Source: a virus
Lineage: Duplodnaviria; Caudoviricetes
DNA length: 51,041 nucleotides
IMG/VR virus record: IMGVR_UViG_3300036798_000143
Span: 1 to 51,041 of that record
Direction: 5' to 3' (one strand)
The notes below the pieces were generated by a model that saw only the letters and a list, made by a program, of their open reading frames with translations, ran no database searches and was not told the DNA's origin. Numbering within the stretch: the first letter of the stretch is position 1; every line of letters begins with the position of its first letter. A program made the position numbers and the translations under genes. This document shows, in pieces, positions 28,873-37,740 of the stretch.

Positions 28873-29536
28873 AGACGGTCGGATCTACTACGCCTGCCAA
28901 TGAGAATGCTTCACGTCGCTCTACGCAGGTCCCACACTTCCCACAATGCTTCTCTCCGCCGACGTAGCACGACCACGTCTTCTCGTACGGTACACCTAGC
29001 TGGTCACCGATGGCTACGATCTGAGCCTTGGATATGTTGATGTACGGAGCGATGATGGAGCCGTCCCAGAAGCCGTTGGTTGCTGCTTGCTCCGCAATGT
29101 CGAACAGGTCGATGAAGTCGGGGCGGCAGTCAGGGTAGATGAAGTGGTCTCCTGCATGCATACCCGCCGCAACGAACCTCGCCTGCTCTGCAACCGCTAC
29201 ACCAACTGCTATGGCGAGCATGATCGAGTTCCGGTTTGGTACAACTGTTGCACGCATGGACTCTTCTGCGTAGTGACCTTCAGGGACCGCTACGCTATGA
29301 TTCACGAGAACACTCTCCGACGACGACAGCAACATACCTACTTGTTGTAGGTTGATAATGTCGTGTCGGCCTTTGAGTAGTTCGGCAATCTCAGCTGCGC
29401 AGGCTAGTTCTTTCACATGTCGCTGACCGTAGTCGAATGACAGGTAATGAAAGTCTGCCTCTAGGTCCTTTGCTAGGTCGTAGGCCAGTGTGGCGCTATC
29501 CATACCACCTGACAAGATTACTACTGCTGTATCCAT
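28865..29536 (-). CDS. queC: 7-cyano-7-deazaguanine (preQ0) synthase
   Basis: SGGMDS, FDYGQRH, VPNRN, YPDCR and TWSCY...HCGKCGTC.ER motifs. No fused GATase domain. Confidence 0.95.
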   Translation of the reverse strand: MDTAVVILSGGMDSATLAYDLAKDLEADFHYLSFDYGQRHVKELACAAEIAELLKGRHDIINLQQVGMLLSSSESVLVNHSVAVPEGHYAEESMRATVVPNRNSIMLAIAVGVAVAEQARFVAAGMHAGDHFIYPDCRPDFIDLFDIAEQAATNGFWDGSIIAPYINISKAQIVAIGDQLGVPYEKTWSCYVGGEKHCGKCGTCVERREAFSLAGVVDPTVYA

Positions 29537-29543
29537 AGTCCTC

Positions 29544-31724
29544 CTAAAGTAGCGCCGTTAGACGCTCGGTTCCTCTGGTCTTTGTTCGCGCAATCAAACC
29601 CCTCTGCTCTAATGTATCGAACGTCGAATCAGCTTCACGCTTAGTCAGGTGATAGTTCCTCATCAGTTCACTACGCGTTACACCAGGATTCCGTTTGATA
29701 GCACCGAAGATGAGTTCGATGTGCTTCTCTGTTGCACTGATTCCTATATTGGACATCACCTCCATTGCAAACTCACGCCACTGTGTGACGTACTGAAACG
29801 CCTTTAGGATGTCGCCCTCGGTTACGAACACCGGACCTTCTCGCATTCGGCTAGCTGCAATCAGTATTGCTGCCTTCAATCCCGACTTCGCCAAACGGTC
29901 CATTGTTGGTGTCATCATGTCCTGGACGAGACTCTTGATACCCGACTCAAGCAGTCGTAGCTCCATGGTGTTGTATAGCTTCCAAGCGTCTGGTGTCAGT
30001 TTAACTTCTGGCCTATCTTGTACCGGAATCACGATCGATCCTGTCTTGACTTCGATCTGCCGTTGATACCTAGCCTTGAACGTTGCCAGCCTAGCTCTTA
30101 GCAACTCACGTCCGGAGATAGTTCGATCACTTGGCGGTCCTAGGGGACGTAGCTTGCCTAGGTTCGACTTAGCAGTTACGAAGATGAATCGTGGTAAGAA
30201 CCCTGAGTAGACGAACTCGTCACCTAATAGAGACAGGATCTTAGTTTTGATTCCTCCTGCAAACAGAATCAGTACAGGATCCTTAACCTCTATGATCTCC
30301 CTACGCAACTGCCTCTTCTGGAATCGACCGTCGTACATCTTAGTCAACGTCTCTGGCATACCCGCGTAGTAGTCCCTCTTGGTTATGACTTCGATGAAGC
30401 CACTGAACTCGTCACGCAGGAACAGACTTGGTCTTCCTGGCCTCATTGCTAGTGCTGAGAACAAACCTTCAATCGACCCGTCTGTCGCTAGTATGATATC
30501 GGAATCTATCTCCGTCAGTAGATCAACGGCCAAGTCTAACGCGGTTGACTTTCTTGTCAACGTTGTATCGGCCATCAACAGGAACCACAAGTTAGGTGCA
30601 ATAGGACCGAACGACGTTTGCAGTTGTACGGAACCTGCCATCAGACAACTCAGGCATACGAAAGCGCCAGCGTGGTGGTACACCTCTGCAGCATCTCCAA
30701 CACCCTTAGCCCAGTCGACGTAGTCCTCTACAAACGTTCGATCCTGCTCCGTAGCTTTAAGGTCACCGTCTGATAGAAGATCAGGGTTCTTAAAGACGGT
30801 TGCCTGTTCGATAACCTCAGCGCGTTCTCGTACGCGAGCCCAGGCTTTGCAGACTTCCCGCCATAGTAACTTCTCACTACGACCGTCTCGTCTATACTTG
30901 TTACACTTTGCTTCACGCACGATGCTAAAGATGTCCTCCCGAGTTAGCTGCGACTCGCAAAGTAGCATCTCCAGATTCCAAAGTGACTTGGACCAATCCG
31001 TAGTTGGTTCTAGTTGTAGTAAAGGCCAGACCGCACTATCAAGGTCATTCTTGAATCGGTCAAGAAGCGTCTGCGCATCCTCGATGGAATCAGGGAACGG
31101 CCACATCGCGGACACGTCTTCAGTCACCACAGGGTAGACGTGGAAGTCTTGTAAGGTAACTGAGTCTCCTGCAGCCTTCACCTGAACTGTTGCAGGCGGG
31201 TCGTACTTGTAGTTGAGAGTAAACGGTACACGTAGTAGCTGGGTAAGATCCCAACCGGACTTGTCCGCTCCTTGCTCAGCGTGGAAGTATGCTATCTGCT
31301 TCGAGACATCTTCAGCCTCTAATGGTTCCGCAGGCCTGTCAAGCAACCAGAGGGCTTGATATCGATTAGGACTAGACTCGATAACAACAGTAGGTGGAAC
31401 TAGCACTTGCTCTGGTGAGCACGTATCTAGGTCCGCCCAAGCTGAGGTACAGATGTCGACGTGTTCCTTCTTCCTGGAAGGAGTATCGAACAACATCGGA
31501 CAGAACCACACGTCGTGGTTCATTACCGATTCGTTTATGTACTCGCCTAGTGCATCTAGCTCATCTGGCCATTGAAAGAACTGTTCCTCGAATGCCCCTT
31601 TGTTCGCTACTCGTCTGGCGATACAAAGGTAGCCTGAATGCGCCCTGTCGAATACGACTCTGAAAAATGTTTCCCTCCGAGTTGCGGTTTCCTCTGAGAG
31701 AACCAGAATAGGGATAGCGGCCAA
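29544..31724 (-). CDS. Primase-helicase (RepB-like primase plus DUF3987-like helicase domain)
   Basis: WADLD...ESSPNRYQALW...LLRVP.T.NYKY at the N-terminus. RKSTA, RDEF and SGFLPRF at the C-terminus, with a winged-helix-like tail. Confidence 0.8.
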   Translation of the reverse strand: MAAIPILVLSEETATRRETFFRVVFDRAHSGYLCIARRVANKGAFEEQFFQWPDELDALGEYINESVMNHDVWFCPMLFDTPSRKKEHVDICTSAWADLDTCSPEQVLVPPTVVIESSPNRYQALWLLDRPAEPLEAEDVSKQIAYFHAEQGADKSGWDLTQLLRVPFTLNYKYDPPATVQVKAAGDSVTLQDFHVYPVVTEDVSAMWPFPDSIEDAQTLLDRFKNDLDSAVWPLLQLEPTTDWSKSLWNLEMLLCESQLTREDIFSIVREAKCNKYRRDGRSEKLLWREVCKAWARVRERAEVIEQATVFKNPDLLSDGDLKATEQDRTFVEDYVDWAKGVGDAAEVYHHAGAFVCLSCLMAGSVQLQTSFGPIAPNLWFLLMADTTLTRKSTALDLAVDLLTEIDSDIILATDGSIEGLFSALAMRPGRPSLFLRDEFSGFIEVITKRDYYAGMPETLTKMYDGRFQKRQLRREIIEVKDPVLILFAGGIKTKILSLLGDEFVYSGFLPRFIFVTAKSNLGKLRPLGPPSDRTISGRELLRARLATFKARYQRQIEVKTGSIVIPVQDRPEVKLTPDAWKLYNTMELRLLESGIKSLVQDMMTPTMDRLAKSGLKAAILIAASRMREGPVFVTEGDILKAFQYVTQWREFAMEVMSNIGISATEKHIELIFGAIKRNPGVTRSELMRNYHLTKREADSTFDTLEQRGLIARTKTRGTERLTALL

Positions 31725-31742
31725 TCAGATCCCCTTGGTGGC

Positions 31743-31777
31743 CCCCGGGAGTAGAGGCTATCCCTCTACTCCCGGGG
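31743..31777. terminator. GC-rich 15-bp stem-loop between SSB and primase (terminator/attenuator or processing site)
   Basis: CCCCGGGAGTAGAGG-CTATC-CCTCTACTCCCGGGG with no U-tract. Confidence 0.55.
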
Positions 31778-31786
31778 ATCTGGCGG

Positions 31787-32227
31787 TTATGGCAGTAGTG
31801 AGTCAGCGGCCTCATCGGCGCCGAGAGGGAGGGTTCGCTTGACATCGTTCACGAGGTCACCGTTGTACGTGCGTTGTGCGATAACGCCGATGACTGTCGA
31901 GTTGACGATCTCCTCTGGTTCGAAGTCGAGCTCACCTTCCAGTTGCTCGTTCGAGAATGTACCACTCGCGCGGAGTAGTCCCTTGAGGTTGAAGAGCGAC
32001 CGTTCATGAATCACGGTGTTCATCCACACCTTACGGTTCTCGTACTTCGTGTCACCGTCAGAGCTTGAGATGATGGTGAACTCCCAGTTGATCATGGGAG
32101 TACCCTTTGGCACCTTGCCGTCGTTCTTCACCTCGCGCATCTCGTAGCCGGTCACCTTCAAGATGTACCGACCAGCGGGCAGAGCCTCAAACGTTCGGTC
32201 ATCAATGTCAGTTAGATTGAGTCTCAC
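31787..32227 (-). CDS. Single-stranded DNA-binding protein (DUF669-like)
   Basis: F.ALPAGRY...V...E...G.PMINWEF.I and an acidic C-terminal tail ending LP, next to the Sak4-like ATPase. Confidence 0.7.
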   Translation of the reverse strand: MRLNLTDIDDRTFEALPAGRYILKVTGYEMREVKNDGKVPKGTPMINWEFTIISSSDGDTKYENRKVWMNTVIHERSLFNLKGLLRASGTFSNEQLEGELDFEPEEIVNSTVIGVIAQRTYNGDLVNDVKRTLPLGADEAADSLLP

Positions 32228-33005
32228 TGTTTCTTCCTTTGAGATAGTCGTGAACCATTTGCATCGTTGGCGCTTCCATTAGTTCCGGCAGCCGGTTACT
32301 TCTGTCTTTTGCCTGTTGCCGTTCCGTTCCTTGTGTGAGTACCAACGTTTGGGTCTTCCTGTTTCCGTCTGTGCGGACCTCCTTCCTATACATGAACAAT
32401 ACAATGTCGACGTATCCGGACACCTCGCCCTTCAGTTTACCTGGTAGCGATGGCCTGGACTTAATCGTGTTCGTACGCTCATCCCGATCTTCGCTTACGA
32501 GAGCCGTGAAGATCACGTTGCAAGGCAAGTCGCGGAACGCTCTGACGAAGCGTCGCACCTGCTCACTGTTCTTACCCCATTCGCGAAGCGATGCTATGTC
32601 AGGATCACGATCTGAGTCCTTCTGGGTTACTACCCTCATGATCTCTGACATGGAGAACTTCTGTAGTTCGGACAAGCTGTCGACAACAATCGTCTTGTAC
32701 GGGTTCTTGTCATACAAGCTACCGTACAGCCTGTCGACCTTCTCCCAAGAGGTCAACCGTACGACGTTGATATCAGGCATGTCCTGTAGTGAAAGTGTTC
32801 CTCCTTCGAAGTCAAGTACTAGTACGGGCTGCATCTCTGGTACTAATACAGACGACCCTGCGAAGCGTGTCTTGCCGACTCCTGGATCTCCGTACACCAG
32901 TAACTTAAGCCACTCGTACGCCTCTGGTGATACGATACGCAGGCCGGCTATCGTATCTGGAGTCAGTACTGGTGGTGCCTCTAGTAGGTCTCTTGCTTCA
33001 GGCAT
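32208..33005 (-). CDS. AAA_24 / Sak4-like ATPase (recombinase)
   Basis: LVYGDPGVGKT, LDFEGG, IVVDSLSE and AKDRS motifs. Confidence 0.85.
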   Translation of the reverse strand: MPEARDLLEAPPVLTPDTIAGLRIVSPEAYEWLKLLVYGDPGVGKTRFAGSSVLVPEMQPVLVLDFEGGTLSLQDMPDINVVRLTSWEKVDRLYGSLYDKNPYKTIVVDSLSELQKFSMSEIMRVVTQKDSDRDPDIASLREWGKNSEQVRRFVRAFRDLPCNVIFTALVSEDRDERTNTIKSRPSLPGKLKGEVSGYVDIVLFMYRKEVRTDGNRKTQTLVLTQGTERQQAKDRSNRLPELMEAPTMQMVHDYLKGRNSETQSN

Positions 33006-33988
33006 TATGCTCTCCGTTCGTAGTTCTCGTCTAGGATTGCTTCTGGGTCTCTTCCTTCGTGCAGAGCTAGACAGGGTGCAAAGAACGAACAGCCGTTACA
33101 GTTCATCCTTGAAGGTGTTGGATAGATGCTTGGGTTACTCAGCATCTCGCGTGCTTCCAACTGGATCCTTCTTTCCACTACCGCGAGTGTCTCAGGTCTA
33201 AAGATAACCTTCGTCCTACGAACGAACTGCTTCTGGTTCATCTTGAGATAGTCCAACATGCCTTGGTACGCGCTCTCTTTATACCCACCTTCGCGAATGG
33301 CTTGTAGGTACGTTTCGTAAGTCGTGTCCTGCATCTTGTTCATACTCAGTGTACCATCTCGTAGTACCTTTGGCTTCTTGGGTGCCTTCTTCCGAAGCTC
33401 GTTGTAGATGACTCCGCGTACTTGAAGTCCGAGCTGTATCCAGATAGCCCAGGCATACGAGCTGCACTGGTCGTCTAGTGCCAACCATTCTACGTCGCCG
33501 AACTGTGCAGTCGTCTTATGGTCGACTAACCAGTAGCCGTACTCGTCCTCAGCTATCAAGTCGATACGTCCTTGGTATACGACTCCAGACATTCCTGGTA
33601 TCGGTACCTCGAACTCGATCTCTACATGCGTAGGAGTAAAGGCATCATGGTTTGGTGCATAGGCAAAATAAAAATCGAGCATGTCCAAACCCAACTGACG
33701 TAGCTCGTTCCAACGCTCCTCGAACTCAAGCGGACCTACTCTAACCTTAATGCCTACTTCTTTAATGGCATTAAGAAAGGCCTGACGAGTATTCTCCTCC
33801 ATCAGGCCTTGGTCGCCCCACGTCAGGGGTTGGTAGTAAGCCTCAAGGGCTTTGTGCATCGCTGTGCCGAAGTCTAGGGCTTCGATGCGTTGTATGGGTT
33901 CGTAGTTCTGTCGGATCTTACTTGTGTAGTCCCACAGTACACGACAACGTTTGAAGTACGATCTGTCGCTTGTACGAATAACTTGCAC
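33005..33988 (-). CDS. Cas4-like / PD-(D/E)XK exonuclease
   Basis: FKRCR, FGTAMH, GRIDLI...LVDHKT and C-terminal CNGCSF..PC. Confidence 0.85.
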   Translation of the reverse strand: MQVIRTSDRSYFKRCRVLWDYTSKIRQNYEPIQRIEALDFGTAMHKALEAYYQPLTWGDQGLMEENTRQAFLNAIKEVGIKVRVGPLEFEERWNELRQLGLDMLDFYFAYAPNHDAFTPTHVEIEFEVPIPGMSGVVYQGRIDLIAEDEYGYWLVDHKTTAQFGDVEWLALDDQCSSYAWAIWIQLGLQVRGVIYNELRKKAPKKPKVLRDGTLSMNKMQDTTYETYLQAIREGGYKESAYQGMLDYLKMNQKQFVRRTKVIFRPETLAVVERRIQLEAREMLSNPSIYPTPSRMNCNGCSFFAPCLALHEGRDPEAILDENYERRA

Positions 33989-34059
33989 CCGTTGTCCATT
34001 CCGTTATAAGTGAATATATCTATTATAACGGATTCAAAGATGGAAATCAAGGGTGCTAT

Positions 34060-34713
34060 TTAGAACGGGTCTCGAATCCACAACCGTGCGACATCGCACA
34101 GGGCGACGAACACGGCGTCTTTGTCCTGCTCTCGCTGCTCTAGCATGTTGAACGGCACCATGTCGGGGTGGGTTTTCGCTACCGGATCACGGACTTCGCC
34201 GTAGGTCCATCCCATCGTTGCGTAGGCCAGCACCCAATCGTCGTGGAGTTCCTCCGGTGAGTCCTTCCGATCGGGACCGCACTGGCGCTCGATTACCTCA
34301 CGGAACTGGATGCGGAATGGTGCCTCCCGCTCGTTCCACGGTTCGGGCACGACAGGCGCATCGACAGCTATGGCCTGCAAGCGTGCGGCTTCATAAACGA
34401 ACACCGCTCGCCGTTCGTTTTGAGATTCGCTGAACGACCTACGACTCATTTTTCCTTTCGCCTCAGGGGGAACGGGGAAGCAGACTCGACACAAGGTGGT
34501 GACTGAGGTCAAATCGCCATAACGCCGCAAGTCACCACGGCTTTCGACCCGGTGGAATGTCGGCGGTTTGCCGCCCTCGTTGACGCCGTGGATCATCTGT
34601 GTCTCGAAATCCAGCCACACCAATGTGTCCAGGTCAGGAGCGGCTCGGTATCCGCAGGCCCCTGGTGGGTTGACGACAGGCAAGTCAAGGTCGGTGTGCA
34701 GCTTGTCAGTCAC
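34060..34713 (-). CDS. RyR-domain-containing protein (possible internal start at 34449)
   Basis: C-half PEELHDDW......GWTYGEVRD...KTHPDMVPF..L...EQDKD is the RyR-domain pattern. AGGAGG RBS before GTG 34713. Confidence 0.7.
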   Translation of the reverse strand: MTDKLHTDLDLPVVNPPGACGYRAAPDLDTLVWLDFETQMIHGVNEGGKPPTFHRVESRGDLRRYGDLTSVTTLCRVCFPVPPEAKGKMSRRSFSESQNERRAVFVYEAARLQAIAVDAPVVPEPWNEREAPFRIQFREVIERQCGPDRKDSPEELHDDWVLAYATMGWTYGEVRDPVAKTHPDMVPFNMLEQREQDKDAVFVALCDVARLWIRDPF

Positions 34714-35108
34714 GGCTCCTCCTGTATTGGTGGCGGGTCGAGGGCCGTCATCAGCCGACAATGCGGGCACTCGTCAACCGTGGTGTCCTCGACGCATGGC
34801 AGATAGTCAAGGGCTAGTTCAGCCGCCGCCCGCAGCCGCTCGATCTCGGCCAGCAGCTTGTCGATGCCGATGGCCTCTAGGATGGCGGTAGCGATGACGG
34901 CACAGTGCTCGTCCAGCGATACCGGACCGTCGAAGCTCCCGACCTTGTTCCGGATCGCCCTTGCTGCCTTCTCCGTCAGCGCGGACTCAGTCGATTTGAC
35001 CCAGGGACCCCGCGGGACTGCATTCACGAGCGCGCCATTGGCGGGCGGCGGGCGATCCCACGTCTTGCTCTCGGGGTGGTCTTTTCGGGGATTTGGCCAG
35101 CCGCTCAC
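34710..35108 (-). CDS. Hypothetical protein
   Basis: GTG start inside the junction repeat with AGGAG RBS. Contains LLAEIERLRAA and C..C, ends PPPIQEEP. Confidence 0.65.
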   Translation of the reverse strand: MSGWPNPRKDHPESKTWDRPPPANGALVNAVPRGPWVKSTESALTEKAARAIRNKVGSFDGPVSLDEHCAVIATAILEAIGIDKLLAEIERLRAAAELALDYLPCVEDTTVDECPHCRLMTALDPPPIQEEP

Positions 35109-35131
35109 GGCTTCTCCTGTATTGGTGGCGG
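34710..35131. repeat. 27-bp direct repeat at two consecutive gene junctions
   Basis: TCACGGCTCCTCCTGTATTGGTGGCGG (34710-34736) and TCACGGCTTCTCCTGTATTGGTGGCGG (35105-35131), one mismatch. Confidence 0.9.
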
Positions 35132-35455
35132 AACCTCTTCGCCGTCCTTCGTCCATTCGGTCCAACGGCCGCCTACCCAGCGGGGAACGTTGCCGCGGTC
35201 GGCTACTTCGGCCATCCATTCTCTGAGCCGAAGCCGCCAATACGGCATGTCGCTGGGCTGGTGCCCCATCAGGATCCCGTAGATGCGGGGGGCGGCGATT
35301 GGAGCGAAGTCATCCAGAGCGGCGTCCAGCTCGGCCATGCTGTCGATGGACTCGTAGATGAAGTTGACCCGGTAGGCACGCACGATCCGCAGGAGCTTCT
35401 TGTTCTCGGCCCGCAGCCGCCCTAGTTCGGTGCTCTCGTCAGGCATGTTATTCAT
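35105..35455 (-). CDS. Hypothetical protein
   Basis: Overlaps the ligase stop and ends PPPIQEKP. Confidence 0.6.
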   Translation of the reverse strand: MNNMPDESTELGRLRAENKKLLRIVRAYRVNFIYESIDSMAELDAALDDFAPIAAPRIYGILMGHQPSDMPYWRLRLREWMAEVADRGNVPRWVGGRWTEWTKDGEEVPPPIQEKP

Positions 35456-36308
35456 CGCGAAACTTTACGAACTGTGGGTGGCGCCAGCCGTCGACTAGCT
35501 TACCGTAGTGCTTCACTTCGAATACTCTCCCGATCAAGTTGCCCCTGTGGTCGCTAATCCACACCCGCGTGCTGTCATCCATCCCGCTGCAGTTGCCGAA
35601 TGTACCATCAGCTGCCACGAACGTGATCGCTCCGATAAGGCCCGTGTACTTGCCTTGACCTTCTTTGTACCCGGTGATGCGAACGTCTATCGTCTCTTCG
35701 GCTTTCCACTTGAGCCAGGACTTGTGGCGCTTGCCTGCGTACGGCGCGGAGAGGTCTTTAAGAATAGAACCTTCGCCGTACTTGTCGATGTTCGCACTGT
35801 GCGCTTCTTCGGTAGCTGCAGTCATTCCAATCACGGGTACGTAGGGACTGTAGCCCTTCAGAAGCTTTTCCAGGATGCTCCGTCGCTCCTCGTATGGTTG
35901 TGCTCTGAGGTCTCGATCTCCTAGACGTAGTATGTCGAACACTATATACGACAGGTACCGCTCTTCGAGTTGCTGCTTGTCAACACATACGTCAACTCCA
36001 CTACCCATGCATCGACTGGTAAAGTTGAAGTCGGGGTCTCCGTTCTCATCCAGATATACGACTTCTCCGTCGAGGCGTAGGTCGTCTCCATACCTCATGC
36101 ATATCGCGAGAGCATCTTCTACTCTCGGTAGTTTACCAGTCGCGTCGTGGTTGGTTCGAGTCCAGGCTCGAATATGTTCACCGCCTGCCTCTACCTGAAG
36201 TCGCCAGCCATCGATCTTCGGTTCCATTACGAACCGTTGCTTGTCCAGCTTCGCGAAGTCAACCGACTTCAGTGTCTTGCATTGTGTCAGCGGAAACGGA
36301 TCGTTCAT
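35448..36308 (-). CDS. ATP-dependent DNA ligase
   Basis: EPKIDGWR (motif I), LDGEV, FDIL, EGSILK, WLKWK and RHPQF motifs. Confidence 0.92.
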   Translation of the reverse strand: MNDPFPLTQCKTLKSVDFAKLDKQRFVMEPKIDGWRLQVEAGGEHIRAWTRTNHDATGKLPRVEDALAICMRYGDDLRLDGEVVYLDENGDPDFNFTSRCMGSGVDVCVDKQQLEERYLSYIVFDILRLGDRDLRAQPYEERRSILEKLLKGYSPYVPVIGMTAATEEAHSANIDKYGEGSILKDLSAPYAGKRHKSWLKWKAEETIDVRITGYKEGQGKYTGLIGAITFVAADGTFGNCSGMDDSTRVWISDHRGNLIGRVFEVKHYGKLVDGWRHPQFVKFRDE

Positions 36309-36529
36309 GCTAGCTTGGCCTGTATCGCGTCTACACCCTCACGGACGAGATTGCTGACTTCCAACGTACTAGGCCAAACACCTGGCACTACTGTCTTCCA
36401 TTCCCCTTCGTGCTCGCACACGATAAAGACTTTCGGACCGTGTGCAATGAGCAGTGCCTCTAATGCTAGGCCCACCTGCTCATTATGATCCAGGTCGTAC
36501 AAGCCTTCTACTGTTGCTTCGTACTCCAC
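36305..36529 (-). CDS. Hypothetical protein
   Basis: First gene after a promoter module, GAGGAG RBS, ATGA overlap with the ligase. Confidence 0.6.
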   Translation of the reverse strand: MEYEATVEGLYDLDHNEQVGLALEALLIAHGPKVFIVCEHEGEWKTVVPGVWPSTLEVSNLVREGVDAIQAKLA

Positions 36530-36593
36530 TCTGCTCCTCTCATCTAGCTTCTACTTCTATTATATAGCAAGTCCTATATGACAATCAAGGGTG

Positions 36594-37232
36594 CTATTTT
36601 GGTTTCCTGATTTTGATTCTGTCGGAAGGCCTCTTGAGCCTTTCCACTGCGGCCACAGGGCGACGCTCTCGGGAGGGGTTGGGGAAGTTAGATTCTGTCA
36701 GACCAACGTCAGGGTCCTTGCCTTCTAGAATGTTACAGAAGACACGGGCCCATCGTTGTGACCCCATCTGGTGTTCTGCCGTTACAACGTTCTCATCAGC
36801 AGTCACGCTAACCGGATTCAAGACTGCTCCGGCTTCACTCAGCAACTGTCTGGAGCGTAGGAGTGGGAAGAAGGATACACGCTTCCCGACAGCTGCGTGC
36901 CTGATGGTTGGTACGGAACAACAGATGGCAGCAGTAGGCCGGTCCCCGTTCCCTTCCACTAGTGCCAGAGCATGATCGTCGGTCCAGTATGCTTCTGTGT
37001 CCTGCATATTGCCGGACACGAACATCAAAGCATCGAACCGGTCGTTAAGCTCCCGCGTACCTACTTGGTACAGTATCCGATCGATGGTGTTCGGACGAAG
37101 AGTGATCTCGTCTCGTACTAGTGTGTCTTGGGAGACAACTTCGAACTCATGACCACGCTTAGTCATAACTCCGAGAGCCGTCCATAGTTCATGTCCGTTG
37201 TAACGCTTGGCGCATACAACGAGTACCTTCAC
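36594..37232 (-). CDS. DJ-1/PfpI family protein
   Basis: KVLVV....YNGHEL, FDALMFVSG, AAICCS nucleophile elbow, VTADENVVTA. Confidence 0.8.
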   Translation of the reverse strand: MKVLVVCAKRYNGHELWTALGVMTKRGHEFEVVSQDTLVRDEITLRPNTIDRILYQVGTRELNDRFDALMFVSGNMQDTEAYWTDDHALALVEGNGDRPTAAICCSVPTIRHAAVGKRVSFFPLLRSRQLLSEAGAVLNPVSVTADENVVTAEHQMGSQRWARVFCNILEGKDPDVGLTESNFPNPSRERRPVAAVERLKRPSDRIKIRKPK

Positions 37233-37645
37233 TTAGTCGCTTGACTCCTTTCCTCTTCGTACCGCTTGTTGACTTCTGCCATCGAGATCGGCGTTGGCTC
37301 TGCATCGACCTGCGAGCCGCTTCCTGTACCTCGTGACGCTTGCGTTGGACGCCAATCTTCGACGTTCTGGATTGTGCCGTCGTCCAGCATCTCTTTGTCG
37401 AGGCGCGCCAAGTACATATCGCCGTCACGCTGAAAGACCGTGACTGGCAAGTCATGCGACTTGATGTACGCCGTCAACATGGAACGCAACGCCACCGTTG
37501 ATTGCTGAGCACCCTCGAGGTCCAGCTTCACGACTAGGTGGCCCGACTCCATGAAGCCCTTCAGCAACGGGTAGCTAACGCGACCTCGATGGCCACCTGA
37601 CCTGTTGCTGATCTCTCTTGGGTCGACTGGTATAAAGTCTACCAA
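37229..37645 (-). CDS. Hypothetical protein
   Basis: 138 aa, first gene after a promoter module, RGRVSYPLLKGF motif. Confidence 0.65.
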   Translation of the reverse strand: MVDFIPVDPREISNRSGGHRGRVSYPLLKGFMESGHLVVKLDLEGAQQSTVALRSMLTAYIKSHDLPVTVFQRDGDMYLARLDKEMLDDGTIQNVEDWRPTQASRGTGSGSQVDAEPTPISMAEVNKRYEEERSQATK

Positions 37646-37740
37646 CTGTTCTTCCTTTCTGTTCCTGTATAAAAGTTTTTACTTTTATACTTTCTATTAT
37701 ATATGGGAACAGAGGGAAAAATCAAGGGTTCATTTAGGTG

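Noticed and set aside
33005-33988. Cas4-like gene as evidence of a CRISPR-Cas system
   Set aside because: It lies in a typical phage recombination module (nuclease, Sak4-like ATPase, SSB) with no cas1/cas2 or array.
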